Source of the DNA: a virus
Taxonomy: Duplodnaviria > Caudoviricetes
Length of the DNA: 42,325 nucleotides
Virus record (IMG/VR): IMGVR_UViG_3300045911_000095
Span: 1-42,325 of that record
Direction: 5' to 3' (one strand)
This document shows positions 1 to 7,994 of the stretch, piece after piece. The position numbers were made by a program, and so were the translations under genes. Under the pieces are notes generated by a model. That model worked only from the letters and a program-made list of their open reading frames with translations, was not told the DNA's origin and did no database searches. Positions within the stretch are counted from its first letter, which is position 1. Each line of letters begins with the position of its first letter.

Positions 1-1792
1 TCAACTCGACGAAAAAGCTCTCATTGCCCTCAGCACTCCTGAAGCGCGTCGTGTCCTCAATGAGATCGGACGCTACATGACGCCGAGCGAGCGCGGGCAG
101 GTTACTGAACTGGTGAGCGCTCTTAAGCGCGCTGAGCGTCTGGGTAGTCCGGAAGATCAGGCAAGTCGCTTGGTCAAAGGATTCGATAAAATGTCTTCGT
201 CTGCCAAGCAGAAAATAATGCAGGAGCTTGAAAAGCAGGGTTTGATAGAAAACCCGCTCGACAATTTGACGATGACCGTCGACGTTGCGGACAAGTTTGC
301 TCGCATCATTAGGGAGAACGCCAAGAATTCTGCTCTTCTTCGCGCGGCAGAAAACTACGCCGATACTTTGCGCGGCGCGGCGCGGAGACAGTACCCGCAG
401 TATGACGAAGCTCTTAAGAAGAGCGCCGCGCTTGCTCGCGTCGGCGAAGCAGCCACCGGCACCGGAAGGTTTGATAGAACAGACTTTCTGCGTGATTTTC
501 CTGACGAGTTCGTTCAGGCGTTGCGACGCGCGGCCACTGAAGGGCCAACCCGCCCTCCCCGTTTCACGCCAGAAGAGCGAAAGGCTTACATTGAAGCCTA
601 TCAGAGCGGCTATGCGGAACTTCCCGATGGAACAGAAATTGGGTTTGATAGTCTTAACTTGCCTGACGGAGAGCTTCCTCCCGACGCCCTGCCGTTTGGA
701 GGGCTTCAAGAAGACTATAATCTTGGTTTAGCCGAACGCCTCAACTACGCTTTGCGAGAAGGAAAGCCTCTTTCGCCTGAAGCGCAGAGAATGTACGATG
801 CTATAATCGAAGAGTTTCAACTTGCCTCGCCGACGGAGCAACAGCAAATGCTGGCGCGTTACGTCGGCGGCAAAGATCTGCGACTAGACAATCCTGGATT
901 TTCATCCACAACTATATTTGACAACATCGATGAAACATCGGGTGTAGAGTATCTGACTCCTGATGAAGCTGCGGTTATAATGAACATCGAAGTTCCAAAG
1001 GGTTCGAAAGCTCTACGCTTGGATCCTTCAGAAGAGTTCGGCGATGAAGGTGAAGTTCTTCTTCCTCCTGGAACTTTCTCTCCTTCCGGCGATCGCACTC
1101 TATACGAAGGGCCGACGGAAGGAGAGGTTTATCGTCAGGACTTCAGGTTTCAAGACAATGTACCGCCGCGTCCGACAAATCCCAGTGAAGCGGAAGCTAT
1201 TCGCATCCGTGCCCGTGACGCAGTGGTCGACCGTGCCACTGGCGGCAGCGGGGCGCAAGCCATGTCGACGGCACGTCAGCTCAGCCGTGGAACCGCGCAG
1301 CAGCAACGCAACCGCGCGCTCTTGGGCGAAGAAGGCGCGGCGCAGCTTGAACGTGGTATGGAGAACGAAGTTCGGCGAGTTACCAATACGCTATACATCG
1401 ATCCACGTACTGGAAGTCCAACCGCTGGTCGTTTAGAGGACAATAGCGCGGTAAGTGAGTTCTTGGCAATGGGTGCCGACGTAGCGTCTTCGGGTAAAAC
1501 GGGTCTCATTCGTGCGACTCGCTCCTGGCTGCGCGACACAGGCATCAAGAATGTGGATGCCGAACGCCTTGTTCGTGACGCCATAAGCGAAGACCCTGCT
1601 CGTATTCGGCAAGCAATCGACTATCTCGCTCGGCGCGGCGTGAGTCGCGAACGTGCTGGCAGTATGATGCGCTGGATCAGTTCTACAGCAGCCGGACGCG
1701 CTATGGGAGGCACCTTTGGCAGCGAGCGCCCGCGTCCCATTCCAAACTCTGTTCGAGCTACGGTCAATCGGGCAAAGGTTGTCGAAGAATGA
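1..1792 (+). CDS. C-terminal part of large DNA ejection (internal virion) protein with embedded ADP-ribosyltransferase domain (5' partial)
   Basis: Frame is open from position 2 (QLDEKALIALSTPEARR...) into the 77..1792 ORF. Helical Ala/Arg-rich sequence. ART motifs LARYVG, GFSSTT, DEGEVLLPPG. Probably continues the ORF starting at 41141. Confidence 0.7.
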   Translation, partial: QLDEKALIALSTPEARRVLNEIGRYMTPSERGQVTELVSALKRAERLGSPEDQASRLVKGFDKMSSSAKQKIMQELEKQGLIENPLDNLTMTVDVADKFARIIRENAKNSALLRAAENYADTLRGAARRQYPQYDEALKKSAALARVGEAATGTGRFDRTDFLRDFPDEFVQALRRAATEGPTRPPRFTPEERKAYIEAYQSGYAELPDGTEIGFDSLNLPDGELPPDALPFGGLQEDYNLGLAERLNYALREGKPLSPEAQRMYDAIIEEFQLASPTEQQQMLARYVGGKDLRLDNPGFSSTTIFDNIDETSGVEYLTPDEAAVIMNIEVPKGSKALRLDPSEEFGDEGEVLLPPGTFSPSGDRTLYEGPTEGEVYRQDFRFQDNVPPRPTNPSEAEAIRIRARDAVVDRATGGSGAQAMSTARQLSRGTAQQQRNRALLGEEGAAQLERGMENEVRRVTNTLYIDPRTGSPTAGRLEDNSAVSEFLAMGADVASSGKTGLIRATRSWLRDTGIKNVDAERLVRDAISEDPARIRQAIDYLARRGVSRERAGSMMRWISSTAAGRAMGGTFGSERPRPIPNSVRATVNRAKVVEE

Positions 1793-2256
1793 CTCGCATC
1801 ACTGAAAACTTCACACTCGAAGAATTCTTGGTTTCTGACGTTGCTCGGGCACGGGGTATCGCCAATACTCCGACCAGCGCGCACGAGCGAAATATTCGTC
1901 AGGTGCTTGCACCGATTCTGCAGACTATTCGTACGGAGTTGGGAGTTCCCGTCGTCATCACCAGCGCGTATCGCAATCCTGAGGTCAATCGAATTGTAGG
2001 AGGCGTTCCCAACAGTGACCACGCGCGCGGGCTTGCCGCTGACATTCGCACACGGGACAGATCAGCGTTTGAACTTGCACGGTTCATTGAGAATCTGATG
2101 CGCAAGGGAGGCCCACTTGACGGAAAAATTGATCAGCTCATTCTTGAGACTAGTCGGGGCATCGTTCATATCGGAGTAGGGAGGCGTCTACGCGGCCAGC
2201 GTCTAACCCAACGCGGGCCAGCCGGAACGCCGTTTGAACTGGGCATCAGAGCGTGA
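1789..2256 (+). CDS. Endolysin, peptidase M15A (Zn D-Ala-D-Ala peptidase) family
   Basis: NFTLEEF, SAYRNPEVNRIVGG..SDHARGLAADI and VHIG motifs; first gene of the lysis cassette. Confidence 0.9.
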   Translation: MTRITENFTLEEFLVSDVARARGIANTPTSAHERNIRQVLAPILQTIRTELGVPVVITSAYRNPEVNRIVGGVPNSDHARGLAADIRTRDRSAFELARFIENLMRKGGPLDGKIDQLILETSRGIVHIGVGRRLRGQRLTQRGPAGTPFELGIRA

Positions 2257-2555
2257 AGCAGTTCGTCAACAGACTCTGGAGTTCACTCCTGCGGCCCGAA
2301 GGGCGGCGGGCTTGGGCATTCCTTGCTTTGCTCGGAGCAAGTAGCGTGATGACTGCCATGATCACGCTGATTCTATACATGGTCCGGATAAATACGAAGT
2401 ATGTGTTCTATCTGGGTTTGGCTGCTCACGTTCAGCTTGCCATATGCATTACAGGATTCATGGCCATGTTCGTGAAGCGACAGGTTGAATTCGGGCGTGA
2501 CGGGTTCAAAGCCAAAGATCTACATCATGATGATAAGGAGACTCCCGATGTTTAG
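2253..2555 (+). CDS. Putative holin
   Basis: 100 aa, two hydrophobic segments, charged C-terminus, overlaps the endolysin stop (GTGA). Confidence 0.65.
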   Translation: MKQFVNRLWSSLLRPEGRRAWAFLALLGASSVMTAMITLILYMVRINTKYVFYLGLAAHVQLAICITGFMAMFVKRQVEFGRDGFKAKDLHHDDKETPDV

Positions 2556-2697
2556 CGTTCTCACCTCCAAGATCTTTGGCGGAGAGCGGGCCACTGCCCG
2601 CGCAATTAGTCGCTTGCAAGATATGCCGCGAGACGCTATTGATCCCGCCGACCTGTGTGCGCAGGCTGATGCAATTTTGCAACAAGGAGGCCGCTAA
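2548..2697 (+). CDS. Short ORF at the i-spanin (Rz) position, lacking a TM anchor
   Basis: AAGGAG RBS at 2535-2540, ATG at 2548, 49 aa MFSVLTSKIFGGERATARA..., coupled to the lipoprotein gene by TAATG. Confidence 0.45.
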   Translation: MFSVLTSKIFGGERATARAISRLQDMPRDAIDPADLCAQADAILQQGGR

Positions 2698-3005
2698 TGC
2701 CCCCCGTAAAAACGCTCTCGACGGCCCTGTTTTTGCTTTTGGCTACCCCACTAGCCCAAGGGTGCAAAACAGCGTCGGAGACGCCTCTGAGCCGCCTCGA
2801 CGTGCAGGTGGTGGGGGTAAGTATGCCCGTACCCTGCCCAGCCCTTAGCAGCCTTGGCCCTGAGCCGGTTTATCCCGACACGGATGAAGCCATTCGCTCT
2901 GCGCGCAATGTTGCGGAGCGGGTGCTGCTCTACGCTGCTGGTCGCGTGTTGCGCATACAGCGCCTGAACGAATACCAGACTGCGGCAAAAGCCTGTGATT
3001 TTTAG
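2697..3005 (+). CDS. Putative o-spanin (Rz1-like) lipoprotein
   Basis: Signal peptide with lipobox LAQG-C, Pro-rich PVPCP..GPEP, C-terminal Cys; lies in the lysis cassette. Confidence 0.7.
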   Translation: MPPVKTLSTALFLLLATPLAQGCKTASETPLSRLDVQVVGVSMPVPCPALSSLGPEPVYPDTDEAIRSARNVAERVLLYAAGRVLRIQRLNEYQTAAKACDF

Positions 3006-3013
3006 GACTAAGC

Positions 3014-3391
3014 ATGACCGTCGATCAAATGGCTCATCCTGAGACTACGTCCGCGCCCATAACAACCGCTGCGCAGATAAGGCAGGCTGAACTGATAGCT
3101 TTGCAGCAGATTGTCAATACTCTGAACACGATGACGAGCGACATGGCTACGCATCGTGAGAAAATGAACACGATGGTCATTGACATCGCTCTTATCAAGG
3201 AGCGCCAGACCAATCAAGCCGGTCAGTCTTTGGTGATTGAAGAGTTGCGTTCTCGCATCGAAATACTGGAGTCGCGACGGCACCAACAGGACGGAGCCGC
3301 GTCATTCGCCCGATGGCTGAAAGACTTTGGCCCGTGGGTCATTGCCGGTGCCGCCGCGCTCTGGACTTACGTGAAATCCCTAACGCCCTAA
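3014..3391 (+). CDS. Coiled-coil protein with C-terminal TM helix (holin/lysis accessory-like)
   Basis: AGGA RBS; heptad-like pattern followed by hydrophobic FGPWVIAGAAALWTYV. Confidence 0.55.
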   Translation: MTVDQMAHPETTSAPITTAAQIRQAELIALQQIVNTLNTMTSDMATHREKMNTMVIDIALIKERQTNQAGQSLVIEELRSRIEILESRRHQQDGAASFARWLKDFGPWVIAGAAALWTYVKSLTP

Positions 3392-3741
3392 GCGTCTTCC
3401 TGCTCAGCGATGAGCTGCTCCAGTTCGATGCGCGCTTGGCGGTAGCGACCCATCACAATTAGACTGATGATGAACCCGTCGCGAGTATTAAGCTGAGACG
3501 TGTATTTCCAAAGATGCTGAGAAGCATCAGGATTGACAGGAACTTCAAGCTCAATGATCTTTTCCACGTAGTGGAGTGCCTTCTTCAAGTCCTCCACGCC
3601 ATTCTTCTTGCGCCATCGCGAAATGTATTTGGTGGCGTTGCCCACGTGGTAGCCGAGACCGGAGTCATGAACCCAGTCCCAATGTTCGTACTGCATTTTC
3701 TTGTAGTGAGTTCCGCCGTGCTGTTTGCTGTTCGCACTCAT
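3388..3741 (-). CDS. DUF3310 protein (T7 gp1.7 nucleotide kinase-like)
   Basis: QHGGTHY...GNATKYISRWRKKNGVEDLKKALHY signature. Confidence 0.85.
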   Translation of the reverse strand: MSANSKQHGGTHYKKMQYEHWDWVHDSGLGYHVGNATKYISRWRKKNGVEDLKKALHYVEKIIELEVPVNPDASQHLWKYTSQLNTRDGFIISLIVMGRYRQARIELEQLIAEQEDA

Positions 3742-4310
3742 ATGAGCCTCCTTGTTGCTTCGTAAAGAACCTGCTGAAACCGACCCTTTACGGGGCAGTA
3801 GTCGGGATCGTCCATGTCATCCGAGGCTTCGATAGTTTCAAGAATATCTCGCACATATCCAAGAAAAACTTGACCGATTTGACGCATCGGCAAATTTCCG
3901 CGCTGATACTCATCTCCACAGTAGAGCGCCCCTTCCAAGCTGTCAGCTAGGTTTAGCCAAGTGCGCTCTTCTTCTGACAGTCGCCTTTCGTAGAAGGTAA
4001 GCCCAGCATTCTCTATGATGTTCTGCTCCGCCCTTTGCACCTGCTCGCGCAGACCCGGAATCTTGCGCTTGAATGGGGCCGGTATGTCGCCAGTCTCTTG
4101 CTCCGGAAGATCGTGCTGCAACGCGGCCAGGATTAGTTCCTTGGTGATCGTGTCTTCGCCAACACAGGTGACAAGCAACGCCAAGACGTTGAAGGTGTGA
4201 TGCCCCACCGTGTTTTCTTTGAGAACATCGAAGAGGTGAAACCGCTTGACGACACCCCCTCGCCGATAAAACGTGAGGGCTCTCAGAATTTCAGAGCGAC
4301 TTTTCATCAT
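3738..4310 (-). CDS. HD-domain 5'-deoxynucleotidase / dNTP phosphohydrolase (YfbR-like)
   Basis: VKRFH..ENTVGHH, ALQHDLPE..TGDIPAP, LADSLE motifs. Confidence 0.85.
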   Translation of the reverse strand: MMKSRSEILRALTFYRRGGVVKRFHLFDVLKENTVGHHTFNVLALLVTCVGEDTITKELILAALQHDLPEQETGDIPAPFKRKIPGLREQVQRAEQNIIENAGLTFYERRLSEEERTWLNLADSLEGALYCGDEYQRGNLPMRQIGQVFLGYVRDILETIEASDDMDDPDYCPVKGRFQQVLYEATRRLI

Positions 4311-5319
4311 GTGTCTTCTTCCTTCTCATAATCCAGTTTCGTGCATCCTGCCGCCAGTCCCAGCCGAGGTCCGTCTCGGGTTCTTTCAGCGCGGCCAACG
4401 CGGCGGGGTAATCCTTGGCCTTGTGGTGAGCCCATGCCCGTAACATAGGCTCAACTGTGCTGATGAAAAAGGGGTGAAAAAATTCTTTTGTCTCTCCATT
4501 CTTGACCAGATCGATACAGTCACTTTCGAACATATTCGGTTTTCCATCAATCATGCCGCGCGGTTTGTGAGAGTGTCCAAGATAGAAGTTTGAACTATCT
4601 ACATCGATGCGAACTTTCCGAGACGGGTACTTCAAGACATTATCGTAGAGGTGATAGTTGTTGCTGAACTGGATCATTTCTCCAACCAGCAACCTCAGTC
4701 GTTCTGCCATGTACTCTTGCAGAACGCTGAAGTGAACAGCGTTTGCTCCATGCGCGCCCCACAGAATATCGTTGCTCCGACACAGTACGGTCATGTGCAG
4801 CCGATCTTTGACGATACGGAAGTAGACGTGGGTATTGCATGGTACGTCAGTAGTTCCACGCGCAACCGCGCCCAAGTCCCCGAAGCCTGACGGCCCGCCG
4901 TCCCACATTGTCAGAACAGCGCGTCGCGAATTGGGGTCTTTGGTAAGCTGATCCACAATCGTCTCCAACTGATCGTATTCAAAGTAGTGTCTCCATCTGT
5001 AGCCGTAGGCTCCCGGCTGAGTAGTGCCCCCATCATCGGAGAAGTTGGCCATGCGCTTGTTGAATTGGCTGAGCCACTCTAGGTCATTGGAACCGGCCAG
5101 CATCCATAGGCTCTCGAATAGATGAAAGAATGGATTGGCGTCTCGCAAGGGGCTGAACAGCACCCGCTCCATCGGCCGTTCGGTAACAGTCACTACGGGG
5201 CCGGGAGCAACTGTGACCGGCCCGTTGCGGCTCGTCTCTTTGACCCCGTATTTCTCCAGATAGTACAGCCCGCTTGCCAGCGCGTCGTTGACATTGCGAA
5301 CTTGCATTACATGAATCAT
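4291..5319 (-). CDS. Thymidylate synthase-family enzyme, probable dUMP hydroxymethylase
   Basis: RDANPFF..ESLWML, AYGYRW, SRRAV, catalytic PCN, RSNDILWGAHGAN (Asn at the dUMP-specificity position), NNYHLY; start placed at MIHVMQ after GGAG. Confidence 0.85.
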   Translation of the reverse strand: MIHVMQVRNVNDALASGLYYLEKYGVKETSRNGPVTVAPGPVVTVTERPMERVLFSPLRDANPFFHLFESLWMLAGSNDLEWLSQFNKRMANFSDDGGTTQPGAYGYRWRHYFEYDQLETIVDQLTKDPNSRRAVLTMWDGGPSGFGDLGAVARGTTDVPCNTHVYFRIVKDRLHMTVLCRSNDILWGAHGANAVHFSVLQEYMAERLRLLVGEMIQFSNNYHLYDNVLKYPSRKVRIDVDSSNFYLGHSHKPRGMIDGKPNMFESDCIDLVKNGETKEFFHPFFISTVEPMLRAWAHHKAKDYPAALAALKEPETDLGWDWRQDARNWIMRRKKTHDEKSL

Positions 5320-5320
5320 G

Positions 5321-6304
5321 TTACTTCTCCCATTCACGTTTTACAGGCGGAGTCAAAGGTTTCTTGGACGCCTGCTCATCCAAGAATTTCTTACCAGCAG
5401 GTGTCGGCTTGGGCAGCTTGTCGCGCCCGAACTTGTCTGGCAGCAGGCCGACACGGTAGCTCGTTGCATCGCAGCCCGCGCATGGGCCGAAGTCACGCAA
5501 TCCGAGGATCAAACGCTTGCGCGCTTCGTCCATCACTCTGCCGTGCCATATGTCCATCAGTCCGACTTTGTGAATGTTACCGGTGGCCAGCTCTCCCCGC
5601 CAGTCGTTGCAGCAGATGGCCGTGGAACCGTCCCACCTAAAACTCAGCTCGCGGAAGGGCTTGGCGCAGGGCTTCCCCTGCCCCGCGTCGCTTTTGGGGG
5701 CACCCGCCCCCGCGTGATTGTTCAGCGTGGCGTGAGTGCCCTCCGTATTGGCGTCGATGGGGCGTATATGCACTAGCCGCCGCGCGCTAGGCTTTTGCCT
5801 TGCGTGAGGGTTGCCCAGCGGGTCGTCGGGATACACGTAGAACTCGAAGCCGCGCTCACTTTTGGGTACAGAAGAAAGTTCGGCGTTGATGGCTGCAAGG
5901 ATCTTGGGAACGAGGTTGACGTTCTGGTATTCATCCAGCCCAAGCGTGTTCAGACCCGCGTTGAATAGCGCGCGTATTCTTTCCAAGCCCTTTGGCCCTT
6001 GCAATCCTCCGCCATTGGAGAGCATCAGCATACTGGCACGGGGCAGATGCTTGCGAAAGATAGCGATGATCTTTGCTGCGTCGGGATGCAGGGATGGCTC
6101 GCCGTGCATTGCGAACTCAATGCGGCTGTTCCACCTGTGGCGCGCCAGTTCACTAGCGATGCGTTCGGCGGTCTTGGCCGTCATGAACTTGTATGTCCGC
6201 TCTTTGCCGCGAATTCCGTTGATGCCGCAGAAAGAGCAGCGAAGGTTGCACCCCTCCACCAGTTCTATCTGAACTGCGAACGGTGGCTCTTGTCTGTAGA
6301 CCAT
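5321..6304 (-). CDS. Radical SAM enzyme with C-terminal SPASM/Twitch domain
   Basis: CNLRCSFC (CxxxCxxC), HGEPSLHP, SNG; C-terminal CAKPF..ICCNDW..GN..CAGCD. Confidence 0.9.
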   Translation of the reverse strand: MVYRQEPPFAVQIELVEGCNLRCSFCGINGIRGKERTYKFMTAKTAERIASELARHRWNSRIEFAMHGEPSLHPDAAKIIAIFRKHLPRASMLMLSNGGGLQGPKGLERIRALFNAGLNTLGLDEYQNVNLVPKILAAINAELSSVPKSERGFEFYVYPDDPLGNPHARQKPSARRLVHIRPIDANTEGTHATLNNHAGAGAPKSDAGQGKPCAKPFRELSFRWDGSTAICCNDWRGELATGNIHKVGLMDIWHGRVMDEARKRLILGLRDFGPCAGCDATSYRVGLLPDKFGRDKLPKPTPAGKKFLDEQASKKPLTPPVKREWEK

Positions 6305-6306
6305 AG

Positions 6307-7149
6307 TCAGCTCCTTGGAGTGTAGCGTTGCTTGGGTCGCCCTTCTCTCAGACGAATTCGCTCATACTTGTCGAATTCACAGAGGCAATTCTGCAAGTCT
6401 TGCGCTGTCAGCGGCTCCATGCTCAGCCGCGCATTGACTTTGTCTCGCAACTCACGCAGCGTGTTGCGGAATACTTGTTCACGCCATGGAGCGTTGACAT
6501 CGCGCTCCATGACCCTGTTCAAGCCGCGCCGACTTCCCGGCCCGCTTGCGGCGAAGGTATGAAAATCGATCCAATTGTTTTGCGTGGAGTACTTGATGTC
6601 CGCCAGAACTTGCGCCGCCATGAAGCTCCCTAATCCATGCCAGTTTGTCAGCAGTGCATGAATGTCTTCCATCGAGTTCATCTGCATCATGCGATTCATT
6701 AAATCTGCGCGCTTATTCCACATGGGAATGAGAACGACGTCCAGGACATAGTCGATCTTATTCATCGACCTTCCATTGGTGCTGACGATGTAGGCCGCAT
6801 TGAAATTTCGTAGTCCTGTGTTCGCACGTTGCTTGAGAAAGCTGCGCATTCGTTTGGGAACAAATGGAACTACTGAGTCTTGAATGGCGGTCAGCGTTTC
6901 TTCGTTGTTGAAGAATCGCGCAACTGTGGCCGCGAACCAATGATACTCTTCCGGATACTGCTTCAACCAGTTAAGAACGAACTTGGTGACGCGGTCGTCG
7001 TTGCGTCGCACGTTGCAGAATCGCCATTCGCTGATTATAGGATCGACGTTTGTGTAGCTACGAAACGTCAGCGGGTTCTTACCATCCTCCTTCCAAATGC
7101 GGTGCCGTTCACGAGCCTTGATGAACTTGACAAGATCAGTAACTCGCAT
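6307..7149 (-). CDS. Amino acid:DNA transferase family (alpha-glutamyl/putrescinyl thymine pyrophosphorylase clade 1, HhH-glycosylase fold)
   Basis: RFCNVRRNDDRVT, GLGSFMAAQVLAD, GPGSRRGLNR, QNCLCEFDKYER; GGAGG RBS before MRVTDL. Confidence 0.85.
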   Translation of the reverse strand: MRVTDLVKFIKARERHRIWKEDGKNPLTFRSYTNVDPIISEWRFCNVRRNDDRVTKFVLNWLKQYPEEYHWFAATVARFFNNEETLTAIQDSVVPFVPKRMRSFLKQRANTGLRNFNAAYIVSTNGRSMNKIDYVLDVVLIPMWNKRADLMNRMMQMNSMEDIHALLTNWHGLGSFMAAQVLADIKYSTQNNWIDFHTFAASGPGSRRGLNRVMERDVNAPWREQVFRNTLRELRDKVNARLSMEPLTAQDLQNCLCEFDKYERIRLREGRPKQRYTPRS

Positions 7150-7150
7150 T

Positions 7151-7921
7151 TTAGAGCCTCCCCGATTGATAGGCTTTCTTCCAGCTGATTCGCACGTCTT
7201 CACGCTCGGCCCACGCATCGCCGCTCTTGGCTTGCTTCTTGACCACAGTCACGAATTTCGGGTGCAACTTGGCCAGCCCCCGCGCGCCTTTGGACTGCAC
7301 TTCCATGGAGCGATAGGTGGAGCAGCCCCCTGGAGCGTTGCTACGCCCTTGATCTTGACACCAACGGTTCAGAGTGACGCTTTCATAGCCGAGTCGCAGA
7401 AGCTGAAGCGCGACGTCAAAATCTTCCATGACTGGTAGACGATCGAACCGAACGCCCTCTCTCTTCAGAATATCGGCGTTGTATCCCAACGCGCGCAGAC
7501 ACCGCGTATTACGAATGAAGTAATCGTCGGGGTTACGGTTAGCGCCTTCTCTTACTGCGATGGACGCATGAGCATAAGTCTTGAGTATGCTCTCCATAGC
7601 TTTCAGCATCAGCGTTACATCGGTCGCGTCGGCCCTCTGCAGAAGTTGGGGGTTGTCCTTTCGCCGCACGAAGAAGCTCAGGTCGTCGTCCAGCATCAGC
7701 ACCGGCCCTTCACTTATGTCGATTATGTGCTGGCGAACTTTGCCGATGCCTTTGACGTCGACGACGTAAAGTGCTTCTTTCCCGAAGCGAGCGGCATAAG
7801 GTTTGAAGTCTTTCGCTCCGATGACCATTTTCGTGCGCGCCCGCGCAGCGGGAGGAAGATGGTCGATTGTGTGATGTGCTTGATCTGCCCTGCCAAGGCT
7901 TGGAATGAATATCTGCATCAT
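7151..7921 (-). CDS. TET/JBP-associated (GREB1/base-J GT-like) GT-A fold glycosyltransferase
   Basis: IFIPSLGRA, GIGKVRQHI, LMLDDD (DxD), MEDFDVALQLLRLGY, SNAPGGCS; GGAG RBS before MMQIF. Confidence 0.75.
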   Translation of the reverse strand: MMQIFIPSLGRADQAHHTIDHLPPAARARTKMVIGAKDFKPYAARFGKEALYVVDVKGIGKVRQHIIDISEGPVLMLDDDLSFFVRRKDNPQLLQRADATDVTLMLKAMESILKTYAHASIAVREGANRNPDDYFIRNTRCLRALGYNADILKREGVRFDRLPVMEDFDVALQLLRLGYESVTLNRWCQDQGRSNAPGGCSTYRSMEVQSKGARGLAKLHPKFVTVVKKQAKSGDAWAEREDVRISWKKAYQSGRL

Positions 7922-7940
7922 TTCTTCTCCACAGATCAGA

Positions 7941-7974
7941 AACCCCGCCACTCTCGAACGAAAGCGGCGGGGTC
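7941..7974 (-). terminator. GC-rich hairpin, probable terminator/attenuator
   Basis: Minus strand GACCCCGCCGCTTTC-GTTC-GAGAGTGGCGGGGTT followed by TCTG, just downstream of 7995..8687. Confidence 0.55.
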
Positions 7975-7994
7975 TGAGGCGGGTAGCGCCAGCG

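Noticed and set aside
4291-5319. dCMP hydroxymethylase or ordinary ThyA
   Set aside because: Asn rather than Asp after RSND..WG indicates a dUMP substrate; the motifs and neighbours fit dUMP hydroxymethylases
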